Made by a program: the position numbers and the translations under genes
Shown: positions 18,449-27,188 of the stretch, piece after piece
Layout of the letters: every line of letters starts with the position of its first letter
Position numbering within the stretch: position 1 is the first letter of the stretch
NCBI GenBank assembly: GCA_965116875.1
Contig: OZ220733.1
Span: 1,248,001-1,312,000, forward strand
From: Candidatus Latescibacterota bacterium
Lineage (GTDB): Bacteria > Latescibacterota > UBA2968 > GCA-2709665
Direction of reading: 5' to 3'
DNA length: 64,000 bases
Notes under the pieces: generated by a model
Seen by the model: the letters and a program-made list of their open reading frames with translations, nothing else
Database searches by the model: none
What the model was told of the DNA's origin: nothing

Positions 18449-20770
18449 TTACCGCGTTCGCTTTTTGGCGGCCTTTTTTCCGTGGCCGGACGGCGGGCCG
18501 TGGTTGGCTCCGGAGGTCTTCTTCTTCCACAGGGCGACCTTTTCGAGGCTCTTCTTGTTGGGAACGATGATCTTGGGGTTTCCGGCCAACGCCGTTTCCA
18601 GCTTCTCCCGCCAGAGCATGTTCCGCAGGACGCCCGGCGCGGTTCTGACGGCCCTGGAGACCGTGGATATGGCATCCGCCTCAGCGGCAGCTGTCTTGAC
18701 TTTCCGATAGGCTTCGCCGTCGGCCTGCTGTACCTCCCACGCCGCGTTTCCATGCGCCTGGGGCACCAGCGATACAAGGAAGCGCTGCGCATTGACAATA
18801 ATCCGCTCCCGGTCTTCCTGAGCGCTGGAAACGTCCCTGAAAGCGCTCATGGTCTCCGCCACCGGACTCACGTCCAGCAGATTGACCTTGACGATTTCAA
18901 CGGTTTTCAGTACCGAATTCGCAAAGTGCACGTCCACGTCGAAGGAACGGGTGAGATGATCTTCGAGCGTTGCGCGGTGCACGTTCAGCATTCTTTCGAG
19001 GTCCCGGGCGGAGATAAACGAACGCACGTGGGCTTTGACGACGTCGGCGATGACTTTCTGCGGGTCTTCCGTCCGATAATGATAGACGTAGGGATCCTTG
19101 ACCCTGTATTGCACGTTGACGGTAAGAGAGATCAGGTTGAGGTCGCCGGACACGTATTCTTCAGGCGTCTCACAAAGGATGGACTTCACTTCCCGCACAG
19201 GCCATTTGTCGACTTTGACGAACGGCCATGGGGCGAGATAGCTCAGCCCCGGCTGGACGTCGCGCCAGTAGACCTCGCCGAGAAGCCGGCCGTAACCCAC
19301 AGAATTGGGAGGTATGATTGTGAATCCGCTGGCCAGGAACAGGACGAGAAGGAATCCCCAGATCAACTTGCCCAACGGCGTGGCGGGAGAGATGATTCCC
19401 CTGAAGCTTCGCCTGCGGGTGAGGCGCTCCCAGGCCTGACCCCACGATTTCGCCAGAGGCCGTACGTTGAGCAGCAGGTCCTCCCAGCCGCTGCGGAGCG
19501 CGCCGGCCCGAAAACGCCAGACGATGAGAGCGACGAGAACCAGCGCCGAGCCCCACTGCAAAAATTGTATCGTCGGCGATTCGGAGGGGCCGAGGTATAG
19601 CGGGATCGTCAGGCCGGTGGCCAGAAGCAGCGCGTCGATCACGATACCGAGTGCAACTGTGACCGCGATCACCGCCGCTACGTATATGGTAGCGAAACGT
19701 GCCCCGAACTGGCTGACGATAATCGCGATCGTACCGGTATTGGTGGCGGGCCCGGTCATCAGAAAGATCAGCGCCGCACCGGGGCTGAATCCCTTTGCGA
19801 CGAGGGCCGCGGCGATCGGCGTGCTTGCCGATGCGCAGATATAGAGAGGAACGCCGACCAGCACCATGACGGGATAGGAGACCCAGCGCGCATACTCGTT
19901 TGTCATCAGGTCGCCCGGTATGACCAGAAAGAGCACTCCGCCCAGGGCCACGCCAACCAGCAGCGCAAAGAGGATGTCGTCCGCAATCTCCACGAAACCG
20001 TAGTGGAAGACGTGCTTCACCAGCTTCTTGAAGTCGAGTGCGTGATCCTCCGTGGACGTGTCTCCCGTGGAAGCCTTTCCGGCCTCCTCAGCCTCCAGCG
20101 CGTCACGGTAGAAGGTCGGTTTCACCCAGGAAAGGGACTTCCAGCGGCCGGCCACCGTGACGACGCCCTTCAGCCACTGTACGAAAAGGCCCTTCAATCT
20201 AGAAAAGCTTACGTAGCAGTCGTCGGTCTCGGGAATGAGGGGCTCGTGCGAACCGTGATCGTGGTCATGATCGTGCCCGTGGTCATGGTCATGATCGTGA
20301 TCATGGTCGTGTTCTTCGTGGCTATGGTCCGATCCGGCTACGCCATGGTCGTTACGTATAAGGCCGATGCAAAAGATGCCGGCGACGACGGCCGTGATGA
20401 AGCTGATCACCGGACGCACGACCGCGGCGACAAATCCGAAGAAGGCGTTCGTGACAAGAATCGAGTCCGCCCCCGTCTCCGGCGCGGTTATCAGGAACGA
20501 CATGCAGGACGAACGGGATGCGCCTTTCCTGCGCATCTCGGCAACCACGGGTACAACGGAACAACTGCACAACGGCACGGGGACGCCCACGGCCGAACTC
20601 ACGGCAACGGATTTCAGGCTGTCGTCCTTGAGCCACCTGAGGATGGCCTCACGGGAGATAAACACATGGATCAGGCCCGAGAGGAACAACCCCAGCAACA
20701 GCATGGGCGCCAGGAGCAAACCGGACATCCAGAGAAAGTCGAAGAAACTGACCAGCGTCTGCTGTACCAC
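18449..20770 (-). CDS. DUF318/ArsP (SO_0444-like) permease with His-rich loop fused to a C-terminal SPFH (HflK-like) domain
   Basis: GVPVPLCSCSVVP, FLITAPETGADS, GVPLYICASASTPIAAALVAKGFSPGAALIFLMTGPATN; then PGLSYLAPWP, SGDLNL, AFRDVSSAQEDR, PQAHGNA; continuous ORF; RBS GGAGG before GTG. Confidence 0.88.
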   Translation of the reverse strand: MVQQTLVSFFDFLWMSGLLLAPMLLLGLFLSGLIHVFISREAILRWLKDDSLKSVAVSSAVGVPVPLCSCSVVPVVAEMRRKGASRSSCMSFLITAPETGADSILVTNAFFGFVAAVVRPVISFITAVVAGIFCIGLIRNDHGVAGSDHSHEEHDHDHDHDHDHGHDHDHDHGSHEPLIPETDDCYVSFSRLKGLFVQWLKGVVTVAGRWKSLSWVKPTFYRDALEAEEAGKASTGDTSTEDHALDFKKLVKHVFHYGFVEIADDILFALLVGVALGGVLFLVIPGDLMTNEYARWVSYPVMVLVGVPLYICASASTPIAAALVAKGFSPGAALIFLMTGPATNTGTIAIIVSQFGARFATIYVAAVIAVTVALGIVIDALLLATGLTIPLYLGPSESPTIQFLQWGSALVLVALIVWRFRAGALRSGWEDLLLNVRPLAKSWGQAWERLTRRRSFRGIISPATPLGKLIWGFLLVLFLASGFTIIPPNSVGYGRLLGEVYWRDVQPGLSYLAPWPFVKVDKWPVREVKSILCETPEEYVSGDLNLISLTVNVQYRVKDPYVYHYRTEDPQKVIADVVKAHVRSFISARDLERMLNVHRATLEDHLTRSFDVDVHFANSVLKTVEIVKVNLLDVSPVAETMSAFRDVSSAQEDRERIIVNAQRFLVSLVPQAHGNAAWEVQQADGEAYRKVKTAAAEADAISTVSRAVRTAPGVLRNMLWREKLETALAGNPKIIVPNKKSLEKVALWKKKTSGANHGPPSGHGKKAAKKRTR
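20256..20315 (-). repeat. Hexanucleotide tandem repeat encoding the (HD)n tract
   Basis: About 10 RTGRTC-like units encoding EHDHDHDHDHGHDHDHDH. Confidence 0.8.
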
Positions 20771-20913
20771 GCAATTGCCTCCAGTGCATTGACTGATGCA
20801 AAGGGCAGTCTGGTAGGCGATTCAGAAACCGGGAACGAACGGCGTCGCACACAGTGTTGTATCGACCGTCATGCTTGCCGACAGAAACGGACGCACCGAT
20901 TTCCGGAGCGGCA

Positions 20914-20964
20914 ATAATAACGGTACGTATATTTCAAGTCAAGGACTTTATATTAAATAATATA
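20914..20964 (-). promoter_or_regulatory. Promoter of the permease-SPFH operon with upstream AT-rich palindrome
   Basis: TTGACT (20937-20942)-17 nt-TATTAT (20914-20919); TATATTA-N2-TAATATA at 20949-20964. Confidence 0.6.
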
Positions 20965-21139
20965 GTGGATTCTATGTCCGCTGCAAGAGGACGAATTCAA
21001 ACTGGAAGTGTTTTCTTTCGGCCGTTCCGACAGGACAGCGGCGGCAGGCCGATTTCGGATTCGAAACACGTCCCGGGCGGGCGGTCGCGGCGTTGCAGGG
21101 CGCAGAGGCCCGACGTCGGCTCGGCATTCGTCTCCGGGC

Positions 21140-21922
21140 TCAGGAAGGCCCGCGGTCGCGATCGGTACGGCCGGTACTTATGACATAACGCGGGCGGTTG
21201 TGTACGGGACGAAACCCGATTCTCCTGTAGACCCGTTCGGCGGCGCTGCCGGCCGCCACTTCAAGCCCGGTCCATCGATTGCCCATCGAATGTGAGTCCA
21301 CGACCGCACGGGAGGTCACCGCCGACGCCACGCCCCTGCGGCGGTATTGAGGCAGCGTGCCGATGAAGTCGACACAACCCAGACCGTATCTGGAATAAAT
21401 CAACGCGGTTCCCGCGGGCTCGCCATCCACGGTTGCGAGGTAGAGCCGTATTTCGGGAATGCTCAGAACCTCCTTGCCGAGGGCGCCCACGCTGTCCGGA
21501 AAACCGAAGCTGCGACACATGGTGGTCGCCCAGACTCCGTACCGGCCCGGATCGAGTTCTTCGACCTCGATGGATTCGGAGACAAAGGGCCGGACGTACC
21601 CGTCGCAACGCATCGCCACGGCCTGCAGCTCAAACGTGAATCCCCTGCTTTTCAGCCGTTCAGCCAGATCGGCGGGGCGGTCCAGCGGCGACAGGGTAAA
21701 CGCACAGTCGAAGTCCCGATCCCGGAAGTGGGCGAGGGCGCTGTCGATCAAGGTGTCCACCATCGTGTCGGGCACGTCGATCTGTACGACACGGTGCAGC
21801 ATGGGTACTTTAACGTCCTCGCGGCTGAACGCCGTGGCCCCGCCCAGATCGTGACTGTCGCACCAGCGTGCCCTGAAGCCGATCCAGAGTTTTTCGAAAG
21901 TTGTCGTGAATGAGTCGGACAT
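21140..21922 (-). CDS. GNAT-family N-acetyltransferase
   Basis: IGTLPQYRRRGVAS acetyl-CoA motif, VYRRIGF; RBS GGAGG. Confidence 0.85.
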   Translation of the reverse strand: MSDSFTTTFEKLWIGFRARWCDSHDLGGATAFSREDVKVPMLHRVVQIDVPDTMVDTLIDSALAHFRDRDFDCAFTLSPLDRPADLAERLKSRGFTFELQAVAMRCDGYVRPFVSESIEVEELDPGRYGVWATTMCRSFGFPDSVGALGKEVLSIPEIRLYLATVDGEPAGTALIYSRYGLGCVDFIGTLPQYRRRGVASAVTSRAVVDSHSMGNRWTGLEVAAGSAAERVYRRIGFRPVHNRPRYVISTGRTDRDRGPS

Positions 21923-22139
21923 GGAACTGGAAGTCCTCCGGGATTCTGTTGCGACTGTTGCATCCGTTGCGAAAATCCACCGGATTCGTATATTGTTTCG
22001 CCTCAGAAAACAGGTCTATCGTCGGGGAATTGCAACTTATCCCCCTGTGTTCCGTATAATGATCGTATCTGACGACCGCCCCACCGCGCGGACTGTTTCA
22101 CCAGAGCCTTTTTCAGGTGCGGAATTCGAGGTTTGCACA

Positions 22140-23108
22140 ATGAGGTTTATCGTTACCGGCAGCAACGGCTTTATCGGCCAGAGTACATGCCGTCGTCTCA
22201 CGGAACTCGGACATGACGTTATCGGTGTTGACGATCTGTCTTCCGGAAGCCCTCCCAACGGGGTGCACGGCGTTCAATATCACGTCCACAGCGTCGTGGA
22301 CGCGGACTGGTTCGCGCGACTCCTCAAGAACACGATTCCGGATGCGGTCCTTCATCTGGCGGCAAAGCCGCGGGTTCCGTATTCGGTGCAGAATCCATTT
22401 CGCAGCGCGGAAGCGAATGTAATGGGAACAATGTCCGTGCTCAACGCGATTCTCAAGTCCGGGTTTGTGGAGAGAACGCGCATGGTCTTCGCCAGCAGCA
22501 GCGCGGTATGCGGCGAGGCTTCGGTCCTTCCCACACCGGAAGCCTGCCCCTCGAACCCGCAATCGCCCTACGCGTTGGCGAAGCTGCACGGCGAACATTG
22601 GTGCGGTATGTTTCATCGACTCTACGGGCTGGATGCGGTAAGCCTTCGATATTTCAACGTGTTCGGACCCGGCGCGCTTTTTGGCGGTGCGTATTCCACT
22701 GTATTGTCGGCCTGGCCCTATGCTCTGTACGTGGATCCTTCGTACCAGCCGTTCCTGGAGGGCGACGGCACGCAGACTCGGGATTTCTGCTATATAGATA
22801 ACGTTGTCAACGCGAATATCGCTGCTGCGACTCGCGGGCGCGGGTTTAAAGCGGATGTGCTCAACGTGGGCCAGGGTGAAGCCCACTCCATGCTTGAGGT
22901 TAAAGGCGTCCTCGAACAGGTTGCGGGCAGAGAACTCCGGCTCGAACGCCGGCCGCCACGCGTGGGCGACGTCGCACATACCCTGGCCGACATCTCCCGG
23001 GCCCGGGAGGAACTCGGGTTCGTGCCGTCGACCGACTTCCATGCGCAGGTCGAACGAACGGCGTTATGGCACCGCGACTGTTATCCGAAACTGACGTCTG
23101 AGCGCTGA
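22140..23108 (+). CDS. NAD-dependent epimerase/dehydratase (extended SDR)
   Basis: IVTGSNGFIG, HLAA, ASSSA, SPYALAK (YxxxK), LRYFNVFGP, GDGTQTRDFCY. Confidence 0.9.
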   Translation: MRFIVTGSNGFIGQSTCRRLTELGHDVIGVDDLSSGSPPNGVHGVQYHVHSVVDADWFARLLKNTIPDAVLHLAAKPRVPYSVQNPFRSAEANVMGTMSVLNAILKSGFVERTRMVFASSSAVCGEASVLPTPEACPSNPQSPYALAKLHGEHWCGMFHRLYGLDAVSLRYFNVFGPGALFGGAYSTVLSAWPYALYVDPSYQPFLEGDGTQTRDFCYIDNVVNANIAAATRGRGFKADVLNVGQGEAHSMLEVKGVLEQVAGRELRLERRPPRVGDVAHTLADISRAREELGFVPSTDFHAQVERTALWHRDCYPKLTSER

Positions 23109-23372
23109 CGTGCGAAAATGCGAAACTGAGAGGACCACAAGGAGCGCATCCGTCTGTTGTGCTCCTTCGCCCTCTCCATTATTCGCGAATTCTCAAATGG
23201 TAATTGTCCCGTTAATCTCGGCACAGAGGGTGTTGTTGCGCAAATGGTTTTGTGCGTCCAATAAAGTCCTCATTTTTCGCAGCTCCGAGTTCACCGCGAG
23301 GATTTCACGGGTTGCAGGTAGACGGTTCTTTCGCCCGGGAAGCGAAACCGCAAAGCAAGGAGGAGGTTCAAC

Positions 23373-24743
23373 TTGAAGCTGTGGATGGATGTCATGCGCG
23401 ATCTGGAAAGCGTGATGAATGATCACGAGCGCATACTCGACGCCTGGGCTGAGGGCGGCGTGGACGGCGTCGTGTTCGGTCCGCTCGTTTTCGGCACGGC
23501 AAGGCTCTCGAAACACGCTTTGCCGGCTCCCACTGGCGACATTGTGGCGGAGGCCTACGATCCGAATCCGGCTGTGTACGCGCGACTCGGGGTCGAACCG
23601 CCGTCGCCGCCGGAACAGAAGCTGCCCGAGAAAAGGGCCCTGCTGGAGAGGACGATGAACGCCGCCAGGGACCGCGGCATGCAGGTGTATTGCATGTATG
23701 CCGATGGTGGCGCGGGTCCAGGGGGAAAGGGCCACCAGCTGCACGACGACAGGACGCTGGCATCCCGGGTGGCGCGCATGGTCGATACGCTCGAACACTT
23801 TCCGATGGCGGACGGCGCCGTGATGGACGGGCCGGAGTGGGGGTACGAAATCGCGCCCCATCACATGGCCCACCGCTCCTGCTTCTTTCGCGACCTGCCG
23901 GAATCTGTGGCACCGATGGCCGCGGATCTGGGGTACGACTACGAGGCCATGGTGGCCGCGAAAGACAGGCTGTTGGACCTGTTTCACAATCTCGACCCGA
24001 TGCGCATCCGCGGACACGCCCGGGGCGGACTGGTCGGCGCCCACCGCATGCTGGGTGCCGATTCCGACCTGATGGCCTGGCTGTCGTTCCGCACAGACTC
24101 GTTGACGCGCTATTTTCGCCGCATCCGGGAAGGCGTCGCCGCCGAGCTGGAGCGCCCGGTGCGCCTGGGATGCGGCCCGCGCTCGGCGGCCTTCGCGCCC
24201 TTGTGCGGATACGACTTCGTCGATCTGGCCCGGTTCATGGATTTCCTGCTGCCAAAGCATTACTTCTTTCACCGCGGCTTCGACGGCTTCATCGGCACGG
24301 TCTATCGCTACTCACAGACGCTTTTGGAGTGGAATACGGGGATCAGCGTAGCCGACACCCTCGATGTCGTGCAGGCCCTCTTCGGGATTGTCCTTCCGGG
24401 TGTCGGCGACGATCTACTCGATTTTGAGAGCGCCCTCAATCCGGAGTTTTTCGAGCAGGTGGTCACGCAGGAGACCCGAAGGGCGCTGGCCTCGGTGGAC
24501 GACCCGGAGCGCATCGTGCCCTGGCTTGACACCGGCCGCTTGCCCCACGATGGCGACCCAATGTCGGCGCGCGACCTCAAGATGTTGCTGGACGCCGCGG
24601 AAGCTGCAGGGCTCAGGCGCTTCAACTACCACCACCAGGGCAACCTCAGTGCGGGTGAATGGGTGGTCATCAGCGACAAATGCGGAACCCGCTGGGACCC
24701 GCGCAAAAGCGACTACCAGCCGCCCGACGAGCTGGTGCTGTAG
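23373..24743 (+). CDS. Conserved hypothetical protein, possibly glycoside-hydrolase-like TIM barrel
   Basis: TTG start with AAGGAGGAGG RBS; 456 aa; DGAVMDGPEWGYE and DFLLPKHY motifs. Confidence 0.7.
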   Translation: MKLWMDVMRDLESVMNDHERILDAWAEGGVDGVVFGPLVFGTARLSKHALPAPTGDIVAEAYDPNPAVYARLGVEPPSPPEQKLPEKRALLERTMNAARDRGMQVYCMYADGGAGPGGKGHQLHDDRTLASRVARMVDTLEHFPMADGAVMDGPEWGYEIAPHHMAHRSCFFRDLPESVAPMAADLGYDYEAMVAAKDRLLDLFHNLDPMRIRGHARGGLVGAHRMLGADSDLMAWLSFRTDSLTRYFRRIREGVAAELERPVRLGCGPRSAAFAPLCGYDFVDLARFMDFLLPKHYFFHRGFDGFIGTVYRYSQTLLEWNTGISVADTLDVVQALFGIVLPGVGDDLLDFESALNPEFFEQVVTQETRRALASVDDPERIVPWLDTGRLPHDGDPMSARDLKMLLDAAEAAGLRRFNYHHQGNLSAGEWVVISDKCGTRWDPRKSDYQPPDELVL

Positions 24744-25001
24744 GACGGCACTACGCTTTTCCTGTACCGGTGGCGCGTTGGGGGCATTTCAGTTCGCCGA
24801 CGAGGCCTGCTTCGATCCCGCCGACGTCGCGCATGCGGGGCCCGGAGCGAGGGTCTCGTCCCCTGGATATCTGCTTGAATCAATGGCCTCTGGAGTGACT
24901 CACACCCTCCCAGTCACTTCCCGGCTCAGTTTCCCATGCCGGTTCCAGGCGCCGACTCCTTCTCCCGGTGATTCGCGCCATACCTGGCGCACAACAAGAA
25001 A

Positions 25002-25040
25002 AGGGATTATGTCAAAACGACATAAACCCTTGTTTTTAAA
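25002..25040. mobile_element. Putative attachment-site remnant next to the tRNA 3' end
   Basis: AAGGGATTATGTC-AAAAC-GACATAAACCCTT imperfect inverted repeat directly beside the CCA end. Confidence 0.4.
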
Positions 25041-25117
25041 TGGTGGGCGATACTGGATTCGAACCAGTGACCTCCTGCTTGTAAGGCAGGCGCTCTAACC
25101 AGCTGAGCTAACCGCCC
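25041..25117 (-). tRNA. tRNA-Val (anticodon TAC)
   Basis: GGGCGGTTAGCTCAGCTGGTTAGAGCGCCTGCCTTACAAGCAGGAGGTCACTGGTTCGAATCCAGTATCGCCCACCA, canonical cloverleaf with CCA. Confidence 0.98.
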
Positions 25118-25419
25118 ACGGACTTGCTGGATGCGTCGTCGGTCGGTTTTTTCGATTCGCCCAGCAGCAGGCCGATGGGTATCAGCACGCAGTACCCGAT
25201 TACCAGCAGAACAGGCGCCAGCGTAAGCGACATGAAACCGTCGACCGGCGGTTGGGACAGGCACAGGTAACCGATCAGGATTGTGCCGAGGCCAGCGCCA
25301 AGGAAAGTCCAGTTCCTGCGGGAATAAGGCAGTGGACTGCGGGCCGGTTTCCTCCGTTGTGCCTGACTCCTGCGCCCCGCGCGGCCTCGGGGGCGTCTTC
25401 CTGCATTGCGTGTTGCCAT
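25108..25419 (-). CDS. Small two-TM membrane protein (DUF3098-like)
   Basis: Basic N-terminus, RRNW..LGAGLGTILIGY, SLTLAPVLLVIGYCVLIPIGLL; stop lies inside the tRNA. Confidence 0.75.
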   Translation of the reverse strand: MATRNAGRRPRGRAGRRSQAQRRKPARSPLPYSRRNWTFLGAGLGTILIGYLCLSQPPVDGFMSLTLAPVLLVIGYCVLIPIGLLLGESKKPTDDASSKSVGG

Positions 25420-25440
25420 TGTGTATACCCGTTTCCTCGA

Positions 25441-25794
25441 TTACGCGTCCCTTTTTTCCGCAATCCTCGCGGCTCTGCCCTGCAGCGTGCGCAGATAGGT
25501 AATGCGCGTCCTTCGAACCTTGCCGCTGCGAATCAGTTCGACCTTCGCCACCCGCGGTGAGTGGATCGGAAAAATCCGCTCGACACCCACGCCGCCCACA
25601 ACCATCTTCCGTACCGTGAAGGTCTCGTGGATCCCGTGGCCCCTGCGCTGGATGACCACGCCCTCAAACATCTGCGTTCGCACCTTCTCGCCTTCGACCA
25701 CACGTACGTGCACCCGCACCGTGGCTCCGGCGCCAAATGCCGGCAGGTCGGGTTTGATCTGTTCGTCCGTCAAAGACTTCAACAATGCATCCAT
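25441..25794 (-). CDS. rplS: 50S ribosomal protein L19
   Basis: [39 protein letters not shown]; RBS AGGAG. Confidence 0.97.
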   Translation of the reverse strand: MDALLKSLTDEQIKPDLPAFGAGATVRVHVRVVEGEKVRTQMFEGVVIQRRGHGIHETFTVRKMVVGGVGVERIFPIHSPRVAKVELIRSGKVRRTRITYLRTLQGRAARIAEKRDA

Positions 25795-25890
25795 GGTAAC
25801 ACTCCTGAAACGATGAAAGTTCACCAGGGCACAAACCGTCGCCCTGATTCATCATCAATGCACGGAAAAATACCCTTCGACCGGTGGCCG

Positions 25891-26646
25891 CTATTTTCCG
25901 TGCCCCTCAACATCCTCGTTTTCGGAGCCGGCCGTGTTACCGGCTTCGATTCTTTCGTAGAGATCCGGACGCCGTTTCCGGGTTCGCTGCACGGCCGCGT
26001 CGCGTCGCCAACGTGCGATCCGCTGATGGTCTCCGCTCAACAGAACGTCGGGTACCCGCAACCCCTCGAACTCTCGGGGCCTTGTATACCACGGACAATC
26101 CAGAAGCCCGTTCTGGAACGAATCCTCCAGGGCGGATTCCGCGTCTCCCACCGCCCCGGGAATCAATCGCACGATGGCATCCATCAACACCAGCGCGGGC
26201 AATTCGCCGCCGCTCAAAACGTAATCGCCAACAGAAATCTCTTCGGTAACGTATAACTCGCGAATGCGTTCGTCGATTCCGCGGTACCGTCCGCACAAAA
26301 ACACGAGACCAGGCGCAACAGAAAGCCGGTTCACCGTCGGCTGATCCAGCCGCTTTCCGTCAGGCGTCAGGAAAATCACGTGCTCCGGCGACCGTCCGGC
26401 GTCCTGAATGGCGGCAAGTACGCGGGCGACCGGTTCCGGTTTAAATACCATCCCCGCTCCGCCGCCGAAAGGTGCATCGTCCACCGTACGGTGAACGTCA
26501 TCCGTAAAATCCCGCAAATCGTGCGCGACGACGTCTACCAGGCCGGCACGGATCGCACGCCCTGAAATGCCGTATGCAACCGCTTCCCGGATCAGATCGG
26601 GGAATATGGTGAGAAAGTCGATATGCACAGCAGCCCGCCGAATCAT
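25891..26646 (-). CDS. trmD: tRNA (guanine-N1)-methyltransferase
   Basis: VDDAPFGGGAGMV, LCGRYRGIDER, SVGDYVLSGGE, VPDVLLSGDH; alternative GTG start at 26628. Confidence 0.97.
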   Translation of the reverse strand: MIRRAAVHIDFLTIFPDLIREAVAYGISGRAIRAGLVDVVAHDLRDFTDDVHRTVDDAPFGGGAGMVFKPEPVARVLAAIQDAGRSPEHVIFLTPDGKRLDQPTVNRLSVAPGLVFLCGRYRGIDERIRELYVTEEISVGDYVLSGGELPALVLMDAIVRLIPGAVGDAESALEDSFQNGLLDCPWYTRPREFEGLRVPDVLLSGDHQRIARWRRDAAVQRTRKRRPDLYERIEAGNTAGSENEDVEGHGK

Positions 26647-26651
26647 TCCGT

Positions 26652-27185
26652 CTACTGATCGAGAAGTCCCTCCACGTTCTTCACAACCAGACGCCCGCCC
26701 GACAGGTCAATCCGTACCAGATCCTTCGCAGCGGGAATCAGCGCCTCGCCGCCATCTTCCCTCTTGACAACGTATAGATCATTTCCGGGATGGGACAACA
26801 CATCGACCACGCGTCCGACTTCCAGGCCTTCTTCGGTCTCGACCTTCAACCCCGCGATCTGGAACACATAGTACGTATCTTCAGGAAGCGGATACACCTC
26901 GTGGGCCGGAACCAGCAACTCGCTCCCGCGAAACGGCGCAACCGCTTCAGGCGTATCGATATCGTGAAATTTAACGGCCATCCGCCGTCCGCAGTTCCGA
27001 ATCCGCTCGATCCCGAGTGTCGTCCGATTCCCGTCGGGCCTTTCCACCAGCACGCTCTTGAGAACCTGAAACCGTTCAGGATAATCCGTAAGCGGATGCA
27101 GAAAAGCCTCGCCACCGAGGCCCCTGGGCTTCAGAACCCTGCCGATAGCGACGTTTTGTTTCCGTTGTACCGGATCCTGGGGCAA
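26652..27185 (-). CDS. rimM: 16S rRNA processing protein RimM
   Basis: IGRVLKPRGLGGE, YYVFQIAGLKV, GNDLYVV, ALIPA; synteny. Confidence 0.93.
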   Translation of the reverse strand: MPQDPVQRKQNVAIGRVLKPRGLGGEAFLHPLTDYPERFQVLKSVLVERPDGNRTTLGIERIRNCGRRMAVKFHDIDTPEAVAPFRGSELLVPAHEVYPLPEDTYYVFQIAGLKVETEEGLEVGRVVDVLSHPGNDLYVVKREDGGEALIPAAKDLVRIDLSGGRLVVKNVEGLLDQ

Positions 27186-27188
27186 GGA

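Noticed and set aside
20256-20315. CRISPR-like periodicity
   Set aside because: Hexamer coding repeat for the His/Asp tract; no spacers or cas genes anywhere in the window
22030-22060. TTGCAA-19 nt-TATAAT as a MerR-type promoter
   Set aside because: No convincing dyad within the spacer and no MerR gene nearby
24744-24890. Integrase remnant beside the tRNA
   Set aside because: No tyrosine or serine recombinase motifs recognisable in any frame
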